A stretch of DNA of 63,889 nucleotides, filler included, from Octopus bimaculoides (Eukaryota), in NCBI RefSeq assembly GCF_001194135.2. It is 4 parts of 4 records of this genome, joined end to end, with 100 filler letters (N's around TTAATTAATTAA, not from the genome) between each part and the next. Parts side by side here need not be neighbours in the genome. Positions count along the whole stretch, not along the records: positions 1 to 27,539 come from NC_068983.1; 3 more parts are not named here. The stretch is one strand, 5' to 3'. Under the pieces are notes generated by a model. That model did no database searches and was not told the DNA's origin. It saw only the letters and a program-made list of their open reading frames with translations. Position numbers and translations under genes: made by a program. Shown one piece after another: positions 1-10,932 of the stretch (positions are counted from its first letter, which is position 1; the number at the start of each line of letters is the position of its first letter).

Positions 1-124
1 ATTAGCGCCTACATGCATTCGTAGTAATCATCAGATTACAAAATGCATCGACTGACAGTTGAGTTGAGTGCTTGATTACTGTAGTAAAATGACTGAGTTG
101 TTCCTGACAATAATGTGCTTAATA

Positions 125-330
125 TTCTTTTCTACTCGAAGCACAAGGCCCTAAATTTTTGGGGGAGTGGGTTCAGTCGAATAGATCGATCTCAGTACGT
201 AACTGGTACTTAATTTATCAACGCCAAAAGGCTGAAAGGCAAAGTCGACCTCGGCGGAATTTGAACTCAGAACGTAAAGACAGACGAAATACCGCTAAGC
301 ATTTCGCCCTGCGTGCTAACGTTTCTGCCA
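125..330 (-). mobile_element. tRNA-headed SINE, family B (GGCGAGCTGGCAGAAACGTTAGCA... type)
   Basis: Reverse complement reads TGGCAGAAACGTTAGCACGC...GAGTTCAAATTCCGCCGAGGTCGACTTTGCCTTTCA..., with Pol III A-box and B-box-like motifs. Many similar copies occur throughout the window. Confidence 0.85.
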
Positions 331-448
331 AATTGCTGCCTTGGTGTACTTAATATTACTTTGGCAAAATCTCAGCAAAATAAAAGTATTTTATGACAGT
401 TTAATTCTTGAATATCACAAAAAATATTATTGAAATTAATTGTAACGC

Positions 449-740
449 TGGGCGCAGTCGTGGCTGTGTGGTAAGAAACTTGCTTCCTAACCACATGGTT
501 TCGGGTTCAGTCTCACTGCGTGGAACCTTGGGCCAGTATCTTCTACTATAGCCTCGGGCTGACTAATGCCTTGTGAGTGGAACAGGTAGACGGAATCTGA
601 AAGAAACGCATCGCGCGCGCGTGTGTGAGTGTGTCCACCACTGCTTGACAACCGGTGCTGGTGCGATTCCGCCCCCGTCTTCCAGCGGTTCGGCAAAAGA
701 TACCGATAGAATAAGCAGCGGGCTTTAACAAAAAATAAAT
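449..740 (+). mobile_element. tRNA-headed SINE, family A (GGCGCAGGCGTGGCTGTGTGGTAAG... type)
   Basis: The head GGCGCAGTCGTGGCTGTGTGGTAAGAAAC...GGTTCAGTC, an internal (GT)n and the body recur at 36260-36415, 38490-38885, 53335-53925 and 58310-58490. Confidence 0.85.
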
Positions 741-1559
741 AAATAAATAAAATAAGTACTACAATCTTATGAGTGAAACAAATAAAAGGATAAAAAATAT
801 TTTTTTAAATATAGGAATATATAGAAAAATTAATAGCTGCTAGTGATACACTATTTCATTATGCAACCCTATATATTACCAAGCATATTAAAGGCTTATA
901 AATCAATTGTGCCTCACCTGTTAGCAGTGTTTTTAATTAAAAGTGAATACTGGAAATCTTAGTTTAACGGATGGTATGACGAAGTTAAGCAATGATAATA
1001 GTTAAAATATTCATGTTGCAGCGTTTTGGTTTAAACTGATAAACAAGGATATCAATTAATATGGCTGCGTTTCAGATCCCAACGGAGTTTAAGTTACTGT
1101 GATGAAACTAACAAGGCGATGAAAATAAATGTTTCCGACAAACATCATAATAACGTTAAATCAATAGTGTTTTACGCAATTTGCATAAATTTACATAAAG
1201 TTGTTATAATATATATTTTTGCAACAAGATATATGAGGACATGACCTGACTGGGTTAATGGGAGCCGTCTTTAAAATATTTATTAGTCTTTGTGGGAAAT
1301 AAAAGATAGGTTAATAAAAGATAATTATTTTATTGTGGTTAAGAAACACATTAAGGGTACACATACAAGTGTCACGGCAATATTTAACAGATTGGCACTA
1401 ATGTTTAATGAGGAAGTCGTTTAGTTGATTGTATAACTGAAAGACTCAATTATATGTATAATTTAATATAATATAATATGATATATCAGACTGAGTAAAA
1501 AGTAAGCAACGTTTTGAAACATGAAATTCATCACAATATATTTCAACAATACAGAAATT

Positions 1560-2545
1560 TTATTCATCAACGTAAGTACCATTACAAACAACACATTTTT
1601 GCCAACGAGTTACAAGTTTGTTTATTCTGGTAACATAAAAATCTGGAGTTCTGGAGCTGATGAAAATCTTTGAACGCATTTTCAGCATCGGTTTGATTTT
1701 TGAACTCCTTCTCTCGCAGGAAACCATCAAGGTGCTTGAAAAAGTGGTAGTCAGTAGGAGAAAGGCCTGGGGAATAAGCTGGGTAGGGATGAACTTCGTA
1801 GCCAAGTTCCCTCAACTTCTGGAGCGTCATTAGTGAAACGTGTGGTCGAGCATTGCCATGAAGAATGATTGGCCCTCTTCTGTTGACCATTCTGGGATGA
1901 AGGAGTAGCTGTTTTTCGTTCATTTTGGCAATTTTATGGCAACATGTTTCTGCAGTAATGGTTTTTCCGGGTTTTAAGAAGTTATAGTGGATGAGTCCAG
2001 CAGTACGCCGCCAAACAGTCACCATAGCTTTCTTTTTGAAGAGTTCGGGTTTAGGGAAGGTTTTCGGTGCTTCATTTTAGTCCAACTACTGCGAAGAACC
2101 TTTTTTACAATTGTACAGACTCCATTTTTCATCGTAAGTTGCAATACAGTCGAGAAATGGATCGGTCTGGTTCCGGAAAACAAGAGACAAGCAAATTTCA
2201 TATCTGCACATTTTCTGATTTTCGTTCAAATCGTGTGGTACCCAATTGTCGAGCTTTTTTGCTTTTCCGATCGCATGCAAATGGTTGCAGGTAGTTTTCT
2301 GGCTATCTTGAAGTTCTTTCGCCAGTTCTCGAGTGGTTTTACTCGGATCTTTCCCAGTGACGGTCTTTAATTGACCGTCNNNNNNNNNNCCAGTTCTCGA
2401 GTGGTTTTACTCGGATCTTTCCCAGTGACGGTCTTTAATTGACCGTCATCGATGACAGATGGGCGTCCACTACACTCACGATCTTCAAGGCTCAGGTCTC
2501 TACTGCGAAATCACTGGTCATTTCCTCACTAAACGTTTCGATGCC
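1560..2545 (-). pseudogene. Mariner transposase, frameshifted pseudogene
   Basis: ORF pieces 2086-2280 (AKKLDNWVPHDL...IATYDEKW) and 1582-2025 (LHGNARPH, YSPGLSPTDYHFFKHLD) lie in different frames, with further frameshifts near the C-terminus. Confidence 0.9.
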
Positions 2546-2759
2546 TTTTTTTATTGCTTATTACGGGCTCACATAGAGGGGACAATACAATATGATCTGG
2601 GGTTATATACATCAAATGGTGTTAAAAATTTAAAATGACAAAATGAAAAACCGAATGGGACACAAGAGACAATTACATACAATGAAAGACAATATGGGAT
2701 TTCGAATACATGTATGCCTCGACCCCACGAGCCCAGTATTCTCTACCGACACCTTTGGT

Positions 2760-4076
2760 AATCTTTATGACGTGCTTACGCAGGGCCTTTTACACCCAAC
2801 ATACGTGCTACACGCGTCCATAGAAGCCGTTCCAACTTGTTCAGCCAGAAATTCGGGCAAGGCATGACAGTCAGGCGGTAGGTTATCACAGATGCAATAA
2901 ACACCTGCACAAACTCCGCCCTCCCTAGCAAGGATAACATCCTTCCAGACCAGGTCTGAGTCAGGGCAGTCACCTTGCCCGTGACCTAACTCCAATTTTT
3001 CTCTATCTGGTAGTCTGAACCGAACCAGACCCCGAGCAATTTAACAGGACCCTCCGTGCAGCGACCTTCGCCGCTACTGGGAGGAGTTGGCTTGCCTCTC
3101 CAGATACCGAGCTGCAAACCAACTGACTTTTCCTGTTTAATGTTTGCACCTGCCACCGTCTTGTATCTTTTGATGGCGTCTTCTACCAAAGGTAGCTGCC
3201 CTTCGTCCGACACCATGATGGTGACATTGTCCGCATACGCCGTCGCGCCTCTTCCGTAACACAGATCACGAGGATCGCCTCCAGCCGCCTCCAGCCTCCG
3301 CAGCAATAGCTCAAGAGCCAGTACGTACAGAAGCAGAGACAGGGGACAACCCTGTCGAACCGAACGTTCAATCGAAAACGGCTTCGAGAAGAAACCGTTC
3401 ACCTGGACCACAGACTCGACGTTGCTATACATAGCGTTGATCCAGCCACGAAAAGCCGACCCCAGTCCAGCAGCCGCGAGGACAACCTCCAGATACCGAT
3501 GGTCCACTCTATCGAATGCCTTAGACTAGTTCAAACTCACCAGTGCACCACCCTTGCCAGGAACTTTACTAACCCGATCTAAGGTGTAGCGTATAAGATG
3601 AAGGTTGTCGTGTTTCGTCCTTCCAGGGATGGCACAGATTTGTGCCTCTCCAACCAGTCAACCATGACAACCCTAATTCTCTTGGCTAACACCTTGGCCA
3701 AAATATTTAACTCTGTATTTAATAGAGTTATGGGCCGAAAATTATTAATGATATCCCCCTTGCTCGAGTCTTTCCTGACTAGTGTCACAACTCCCTGGTT
3801 CACAGATTTGGGAATTCTCCCATCCTGCTGCCAGTTCACATACACACCAGCCAGTATTTCCCCGAACAAGTCTGGAATACTTTTATAAAATTCGTCAGAT
3901 AAACCATCAAGTCCCGTTGATTTATCCCCAGGGCATTCAGAAAGCACCTCCTTAACCTCCGCAGCTTTGATCGGCCTTTCACAGCGCTCAGCATCACGTG
4001 CCGCGATTCGCGGTCCACCAGCCAGGAAATCACGTAAGGCATCCCCATGATCCAGTGTCCCGATCCTCGCAAGCAA
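2760..4076 (-). pseudogene. LINE ORF2 reverse transcriptase fragments, frameshifted
   Basis: ORF pieces 3579-4076, 2986-3507 and 2776-2973 carry L1/Tx1-type RT motifs in the expected order but in different frames. The catalytic YADD reads YADN. Confidence 0.9.
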
Positions 4077-4096
4077 AAGTAGCTTTTGTTGTTCCT

Positions 4097-5260
4097 TTAC
4101 TTTCTATTATTTTTTTCCGTTGTGGCCTTTCTGGCTACCTTTGGGGTTTTCTTTTCCCTTTTTGGGAGGGGTCTATTTTTCTCTGGTATTACTGCTTTTG
4201 GTCTTTTTCTTGAGACCATCTGGGACTCCATTTTGTCTTCCTCTTGGGCTGCCGCTCCTTCACTGCTGGTGATAGCCCCCTGGTTAATGGCCTCCTTGGC
4301 CGGGGCTACCACCTCTTCCTCACTGGTTACTTTTTTATTGGTGGTAGCCCTCTGGATAATGGCCTCCTTGGCCGGGGCTACCACCTTTTCATTGTTTATT
4401 TCCTCTTTGTTATTACCGGTGGTAGCCTTCTGGGTAATGGCCTCCTTGGCCGAGGCTACCACCTTCTCGTTGTTGGTCTCTATGTTGGTGGTCGGACCCT
4501 GGGTAATGGCCTCCTTAGCCGGGGCTACCGCTTTCTTTTTCTTTGTAGGTTCACACTCGGACCTCTGGTGTCCCTTCCTGCCGCATCGGAAATACCTTGG
4601 TTTTCGTCCTTCCACATGGATAATTAGTGCTGACTCTTCTGCTATCAGCAACCTATCTGGAAGTTCTTCTAAATCTGTGGATGACGCCTGAACTAAAACT
4701 TCCAAGGCTTGTCCCTTCCAGTTCTGTGATACACTTCGTTTCTCCTGGATCAGTTCCAGTTTATCCTCCCTATTAAAGAGGAGCGTGCTAGTAGCCCACA
4801 CTACCTCAACATCAGGAGGTATATTCATTATTTTAACTCGGGACGTCCTACGTCCCAAGTATAATGGCAGCAATGTCATTTTATCGTTCTGCAAGGTCCG
4901 ACCAGAATATTCTATCGCCTTTTCGGTCGTCTCGAACCTTGCTTCGACGATTGTATATCTATTGCCTCGAGTCAGGAAGACAATGTCCTTCATTACTGCC
5001 CCGAGGCACTCTTCAATATCTTCCTCCTCAAAATGTGTTATCGGTTTGTTTTTCAAACAGTATGTCTTGTATATAACTGTTCTCTCCTTTCTGTAGGTGA
5101 TTAATTCAGGTGGGGTGGGGGAAAATTTGCTCTCCCCGTTGCTTTCAGTTATTTTCCCAAACAACAGTTGTATTTCTGGTTTTTTAACCAAAATTATTTC
5201 CTGTTATTGCCCAACAGCGGCGGCGTAATTTATGGTAAGTGCTTCTGCAGTTGATGCCAT
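4097..5260 (-). pseudogene. LINE ORF1 (gag-like RNA-binding protein) with one premature stop
   Basis: ATG at 5260 reads MASTAEALTINYAAAVGQ*QEII and continues in frame into the 364-aa ORF 4097-5191. It contains a degenerate CCHC knuckle (YFRCGRKGHQRSEC) and four VA(P/S)AKEAIxQ repeats near the C-terminus. Confidence 0.8.
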
Positions 5261-5744
5261 AATGGTACAAAATTATCCACGAGGTAAATGATCCTCTACA
5301 ACGAGGTAACACAATTAACAGTATATACAATTCCTTCCCTCGTGGGGGAGGGTAACCAAAAGAGTATTACAATAACAATATTACAAGCCGCTAAGCGAAC
5401 TTTCCAACAACAACAATAGATCCTGCAACAGGCAACAATAAATCAAACTCACCAACAGATCACCAAAACGTTATCAATCTACAAAAAACAGATGATTGTA
5501 ACAGCGGGGAAAGAAATATCAATGTTAGTTTATTAATGCATTTGCACAAGTCTATGGCTGTATTATCAGATAATTGTAAAAAAATGTTTGAAAAAATTCA
5601 AAACTGCAAAAATCGGGTACAAATTTTTCTTGGTTCAAAACGTTGCTTAATTTTTATTCAACCTGATATAATATAATATAATATATGTATGTAGTATACG
5701 ATGAGAGATATGGATTCATGGCGACAAAGAGTAGGAGATTTGTC

Positions 5745-6510
5745 GACCTAAAAGTTAAGTTACTCCTCGCAGCAAATTGTTTCTTTTCATTAATTTACAA
5801 GCGTGATTTTGCCTTTCATCTATTCGGGGTCGATAAATTAAGTGCCGGTTGCGTACTGGAGTCGATCTAATCGATTGCCCTCTCCCCCAAAATTTCGGGC
5901 CTTGTGCCTAGAGTAGAAAAGAAAATTATTATTTAAAGGCAGCGTGCTAGCAGAAACGTTAGCATACCGAGCGAAATGCTTAGCGGTATTTCGTCTGTCT
6001 TTACGTTCTGAGTTCAAATTCGACTTTGCCTGTCATCCTTTTGGAATCGATAAATTAAGTACCAGTTACGCACTGGGGTCGATGTAATCGACTTAATCCC
6101 TTTGTCTGTCCTTGTTTGTCCCCTCCATGTTTAGACCCTTGTGACCAATAAAGAAATAAGAAATGTTAGCATGCCGGGCGAAATGCTTAGCGGTATTTTA
6201 TCTGTCTTCATGTTCTGAGTTCAAATTCCGCCGTGGTCGACTTTCGGGGTCGATAAATTAAGTGCTGGCTGTGTATTAGGGTCGATCTAATCGACTGCCC
6301 TTTCCCCAAAAAATGTTCGGGCCTTGTGCCTAGGGTAGAAAAGAATTAATTTGCAAGCGAGTAAGGCTGACAGAATTGTTAGCATGCCGGGCAAAATGTT
6401 TAGCAGCATCTCGTCTGTCCTTACGTTCTGAGTTCAAAATCTGCTGAGGTCGATTTTGTCTTCCATCCCTTGAGGTCGATAAAATAAGTATCAGTTAAAC
6501 ACTGAAGTCG
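5745..6510 (+). mobile_element. Cluster of 4-5 head-to-tail family B SINE copies
   Basis: GAGTTCAAA...GTCGATAAATTAAGTAC...GTCGAT blocks recur in the same orientation. Confidence 0.85.
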
Positions 6511-6542
<32 letters not shown>

Positions 6543-6800
6543 GTCTGTCTGTCTGTCTATAAATATATTTAGTACACGGCGGTATTTAGTTTTATATAAA
6601 TTATATATTGTAAATTCAGTCAAAGTTAAGAAATTAGAAGAGGCACTTAGAACTGGCATCGCAACCAACGTGCTGGCGGCGAGGTTGGCTCTTGAGCAAC
6701 ACTTCAACGACAAACACGAAGGTTGCGTTGTTAGAGCTAGAATGTATGCCCTAAATAAACGAAAGAATTGGTGTCGCCTAAGAAAGCCAGTATCCAGAGC

Positions 6801-7291
6801 TGGGTGGAGGTGCTTATCTCCCTTGTTTAAAAAGTTAAGGACACCAGAACGCTTGTGTTGCGCAGCCAACTAGAAACGGTGCTTCTTGGGGCTAAATAAC
6901 AGTAACATTCTTCCCTTTCTTGGTACTGCTACATTAAGTTGGCAACAAACCAACACTTTATCGTGCTTTTACTGTATAACTCTCTCTGAGAGATTTAGAA
7001 ATGTAATATTTCTATTTTTGTAAATCAGTGAATGTATTTGATTTGAAATTCTATAAGTTTTCACAGCGATTTAGCAGCAACATTTTGCAAGGCTAGGCTA
7101 CGCCAGACTGATGAAACTAGTCTCTGGATGCTGGCTTTATTGGGTGATGGTGCTTATCTCCTCTGTTTGAAAACTTAAGGACGCAGAACGCTTGTGTCGC
7201 GTAGCCAACTAGAAACGGTGCTTCTTGTGGCTAAATAAAAGTAGCATTCTTCCATTTCCTGTGACTGTCACATTTAGTTGGTAACAAGCCA
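6801..7291 (+). repeat. Direct repeat of about 150 bp (6801-6952 and 7141-7291) with a degenerate hammerhead motif between the copies
   Basis: Both copies read TGGGTG..GGTGCTTATCTCC...AGCCAACTAGAAACGGTGCTTCTTG.GGCTAAATAA.AGTA.CATTCTTCC. The motif CCAGA-CTGATGAAA-CTAG-TC-TCTGG lies at 7103-7127. Confidence 0.75.
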
Positions 7292-8334
7292 TCAGTATTA
7301 AAAGAAAACTTACGAAAATGAGATAATGAAATCTACTCCATAATATAACAATTATATTTTAAATCTCCTTATTATGCAAATGAACAAGTATATGAATTAT
7401 GTATGCAGTGCGAAAGCTAGAGTTTTGTTTTTTGATAGCATTGTATTCGCTACCTTAAAAGTTTCTGTTAAATATTCTTTTCTTTTCTACTCGAGGCACA
7501 AGGCCCGAAATTTTGGGGGAGGGGGGCCAGTCAATTAGGTCGACCCAGTAAGCAACTGGTACTTAATTTTATCAACTCCGAAAGGACGAAAGGCAAAGTC
7601 GACCTCGGCGGAAATTTCTGTTAAATATTGTAAAGACAAAATATCTTGGAAAGCAATATACTAAAGAGTGAAAAAGAGGGTGAGAAAGTGGGGGAGAGAG
7701 AGAGAGAGTCAAGAATTTATTTAACTGTTGACGCTTTATTAATGCAAGAAAACTCTAGAAAATTTATTCCTTTCTACAAATGAGATTATATTGATAACTG
7801 CCAACCATAAATAATTGTTAAATGAGTGTTATCAAAAGATAATGTTATTAATCCACTTACTTCAAAAAGAATTATACAAAATATTTTCCGAAGCAGGAAT
7901 TAACTGTCCAACTTTAAGAATCAGAACACACCTGTCTCAGCCTTTTCAACTTATCCCCATATAAACACATAAAGTAAGTCTTCATGTATGAACAAACCCA
8001 AACGAAAAGAAAACGATATCGTGAGAAAAACTTACCTAAAAGGGCAACAGTCATATTTGAAAATAAAATTTTAAGCGATGTATTCATAGAAGCGTTCGAG
8101 CACCGAACGATGTTTTGTGGTGTTTAATCTGTTTTTTATGCGCTGAGTTCAGTTACTACCAAAATTAGCTTTGCATTTCATCCCCTCTGGCGTCTATATA
8201 TAAAGTACCAGTCTAGGATGGCAGAAGCGTTTGAGCACCGAGTGAAATACCTCGTGGTATTTAATCTATGTTTATTACGTTCTGCGTTCAGTTACTGCCG
8301 AGGTCAATTTTCTACGGTCAATATATAAAGTACC

Positions 8335-9075
8335 GTGAATTTTGTTGATAAGTTCACGTGCCTCGGTAGGACACTTTCCAGATCTATGAATATTGACAAT
8401 TGAGTCGACACGCGCATCACCAAGGGAAGCTCAGCATTTGGGCGGCTACGTGAACCAGTGTGGGGGAGAAAAGTCACTAGGCTGGCCACCATGTTGAAGA
8501 TGCATCAAACATTTGAACTGCCTACGCTACTGAACATCTGCGAGACTTGGACGATTTATGAACGCCATGCTAAAGAACTAAACCGCATGAAATGCCAAGA
8601 AAGCTGTTGAAAATCACCTGACAAGACAAGGTCCTAGACACAGTGATGAGGAAGAGGTAGACAGGTCACCTTGTTCTAATGTCTGAAATACGACTCACCA
8701 AGTGACAGCTTTACAGCGAACTGGCAGAATGCAAGCGCACGCAAGGTGGACAGCAAAAGCCCTTCAAGCGGACACACTGAAGAGCTTTGAGATAAACCCC
8801 CGACACCTTGGAAGCGCATACGCAAGACTACCTTGCTTGGCGAAGCTGCAACAACGGAGGTACCACCTCCTGAGAACTGAATAGGATTGCAGGGACAGAA
8901 AGAGAACGCGAACTGCGCAAGTCCAGAACCAACTCCTCGTTTTCAGCCCCAAAAAACCATTAGTGCCCGACCTGCAGCAAAGCCTAACGAAAACACATCG
9001 GACTGATTGGCCACGGCCGGACACACTGCGCCTTGTCTTCTTCGTTCATGTATTGTCCTTGGCCATCGTCGACAA
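8335..9075 (+). mobile_element. RTE (BovB-like) LINE, decayed 3' fragment
   Basis: Frameshifted translation gives RITKGSSAFGRLREPVW, LPTLLNICETWTIYERHAKELN, GGQQK and a terminal CPTC...HIGLIGH..TH motif. Related tail pieces lie at 20560-20660 and 24200-24388. Confidence 0.8.
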
Positions 9076-9439
9076 CGACGGACGAACAAACCAATCTAGA
9101 GTAATGGTGAACCGGCTTAATCATAAGGCGTTTACATAAAAGTCTGTAATTACATACTTCCAACTGGTCGAGTCTGTATATTCCACAACACTTAATCGCC
9201 GCAGGACAATAAAATATTTTCCAAGAAGATCTTGCTCGAGGAATTGATTGTAGTAAATGAGCCATGCACAGACTTGCTCTTACTTTTCAAATAGAGCAGC
9301 TTTCCTTCTGGTGGCCAATAATGACTGGCCAATCAGAAAGTGTACGGCTCTCAAGTTTTATATTACAACCTTAAATTTATTATTTATCAAATATGTCTTC
9401 TAATTAATTTCAATACTCTATATACAACTCTCAACTGTG

Positions 9440-9890
9440 GTCACCCAACAATGTTAAGCCAGGAAGATTCCATCAATAGAACAGCTGAGCTACTGAGCAA
9501 GACTGAGAGAAACACGACTCTACTCCCTAGAGCGAAGACGGGAGAGTTATGCAGTGACATACGTATGAAAGATCGAGGAGGAACTGGCACTAAACTTTGG
9601 CACCGAAATCTATATCAACTTCCGAACTGGACGTCACTGCATTTTTGCAAAGGTCCCAGCTATCCCTCCTAGAGAACCATGTACTGAAATAGCCTGGGAT
9701 TTAAATGCTCACAGCTATTTAAAATCTTGCTAAAGCATCTGAGAGATCTACCCAGAGTAAATGTGGATGTTTTCAAGTAGCAACTTGACTCACTGCTGTC
9801 CAAGGTCTCAGATGTGACTACATCACGGCAAGAAACACCAAAGAAGGTAGCAATGTCAAGCTCCCTCATTCACCAAAAGCCCAACACAAA
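9440..9890 (+). mobile_element. CR1/L2-group LINE, 3' fragment
   Basis: Translation gives LRLYSLERRRE.YAV and LGFKCSQLFKIL.KHLRDL. A second copy of the latter segment lies at about 12985-13170. Confidence 0.7.
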
Positions 9891-10616
9891 AAAGAATGGC
9901 CATTGAAAACGCGATGAACTGGCGGTACCCCAGCATATCCGCAGACTTTGGGCTGAAACACATAAAAGAATAAAAGAATAAATATAAATATATCTATAAG
10001 TACATGTCTTTTAATTAAATTAAAACCTGTTTAAAGAGCCGGAACAATGCAAAATGAATGAAATACAAGTGCGAAAAAATAAATAACAGTTATTGTTTAC
10101 TTTGAACTTCGATGTTTTGGGGTTAAAATTTCTTCAACAAGATACATTGAGAAATAGGAGATAGTATAGAATTGTTATCGTTGCTCAGATATGTTGGAAT
10201 GGGTACTGACATGCGTAGGCTAGCGTTGTCATAGTAACAATTCTTCTTCGTGTAGATTTTGTGCTGTGAAGAAATACAACGCAAAACATGAACTGTTTTT
10301 TTTTCTTTCTGTTTTCCCTTCGGTACTTCATTTCTTTTGCGTTGTTTCACCTTTTAACAAGTTTTAATCTAATCCAACATCACACAGTGTTTCACCATAA
10401 CTACTCAATCTTTTAATTAAATTCATTAGAAGCTTCAATGAATATTTCCCTCAAACCCGTTATCACCTGTTTAGATCTAGTTCAGGCAATCTCCTCTCCT
10501 GCAATGATTTATACTGTACGCATTGTATTCTGACTGAATTCATTTCTATACATGTAAATTATGCAAGAGATTGCAAAAGATTTATATGAAACGCAGTTGT
10601 TATTGTTGTTTTTGTA

Positions 10617-10932
10617 AAGGCGCGTGGCTTAGTGGTTAGGGTATTCGGCTCATGATCGTAAGGTCGTGAGTTCAATTCCTGGCAGCGCGTTGTATCCTTT
10701 AACAAGACACTTTATATCATGTTGCTCCAGTCCACTTAGCTGTCAAAAATTAGTTGTAACTCAAAAGTGCCAGCCTTGTCACATTCTGTGTCACGCTGAA
10801 TCTTCCTGAGATTTACGTTAACGATACACGTGTCTGTGGAGAACTCGTCCACTTGCACGTTAATTGCACGAGCAGGTTGTTCCGTTGATCGGATCAACTT
10901 GAACTTTCATCGGCGTAACCAACGGAGTGCAA
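10617..10932 (+). mobile_element. tRNA-headed SINE, family D (AAGGCGCGTGGCTTAGTGGTTAGGG head with the family C tail)
   Basis: It has an A/B-box head and shares the 3' body CAGCCTTGTCAC...ACACGTGTCTGTGGAG...ACGGAGTG with 12101-12484. Other copies lie at 18455-18720 (-), 24935-25250 (-) and 30025-30335 (+). Confidence 0.8.

Larger units (their letters stand above)
2546..5510 (-). mobile_element. Tx1/L1-clade non-LTR retrotransposon, internally deleted
   Basis: It has a 5' UTR, an ORF1 with a zinc-knuckle remnant, RT motifs (DKSTGLDG, NFRPITLLN, VRQGCPLSLLLY, YADN, VKLLGVWFG), a 3' UTR and an A-rich end at 2546-2555. Confidence 0.88.
1484..5668 (-). mobile_element. Mariner DNA transposon, decayed, interrupted by a LINE at about 2546-5510
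   Basis: Terminal inverted repeats are TATCAGACTGAGTAAAAAGTAAGCAACGTTTT (1484-1515) and AAAACGTTGCTTAATTTTTATTCAACCTGATA (5637-5668), matching at 28/32 with terminal TA. Minus-strand frames encode mariner motifs WVPHDL, ILHGNARPH and HPYPAYSPGLSPTDYHFF. Confidence 0.92.

Noticed and set aside
2323-2447. Exact duplication of about 57 bp either side of an 11-N gap inside the mariner
   Set aside because: Identical sequence flanking a tiny gap is a typical contig-overlap artefact, not a biological tandem duplication.
4086-4691. 201-aa hydrophobic ORF on the + strand that looks like a membrane protein
   Set aside because: It is the antisense reading of the Lys/Glu-rich repeats of LINE ORF1.
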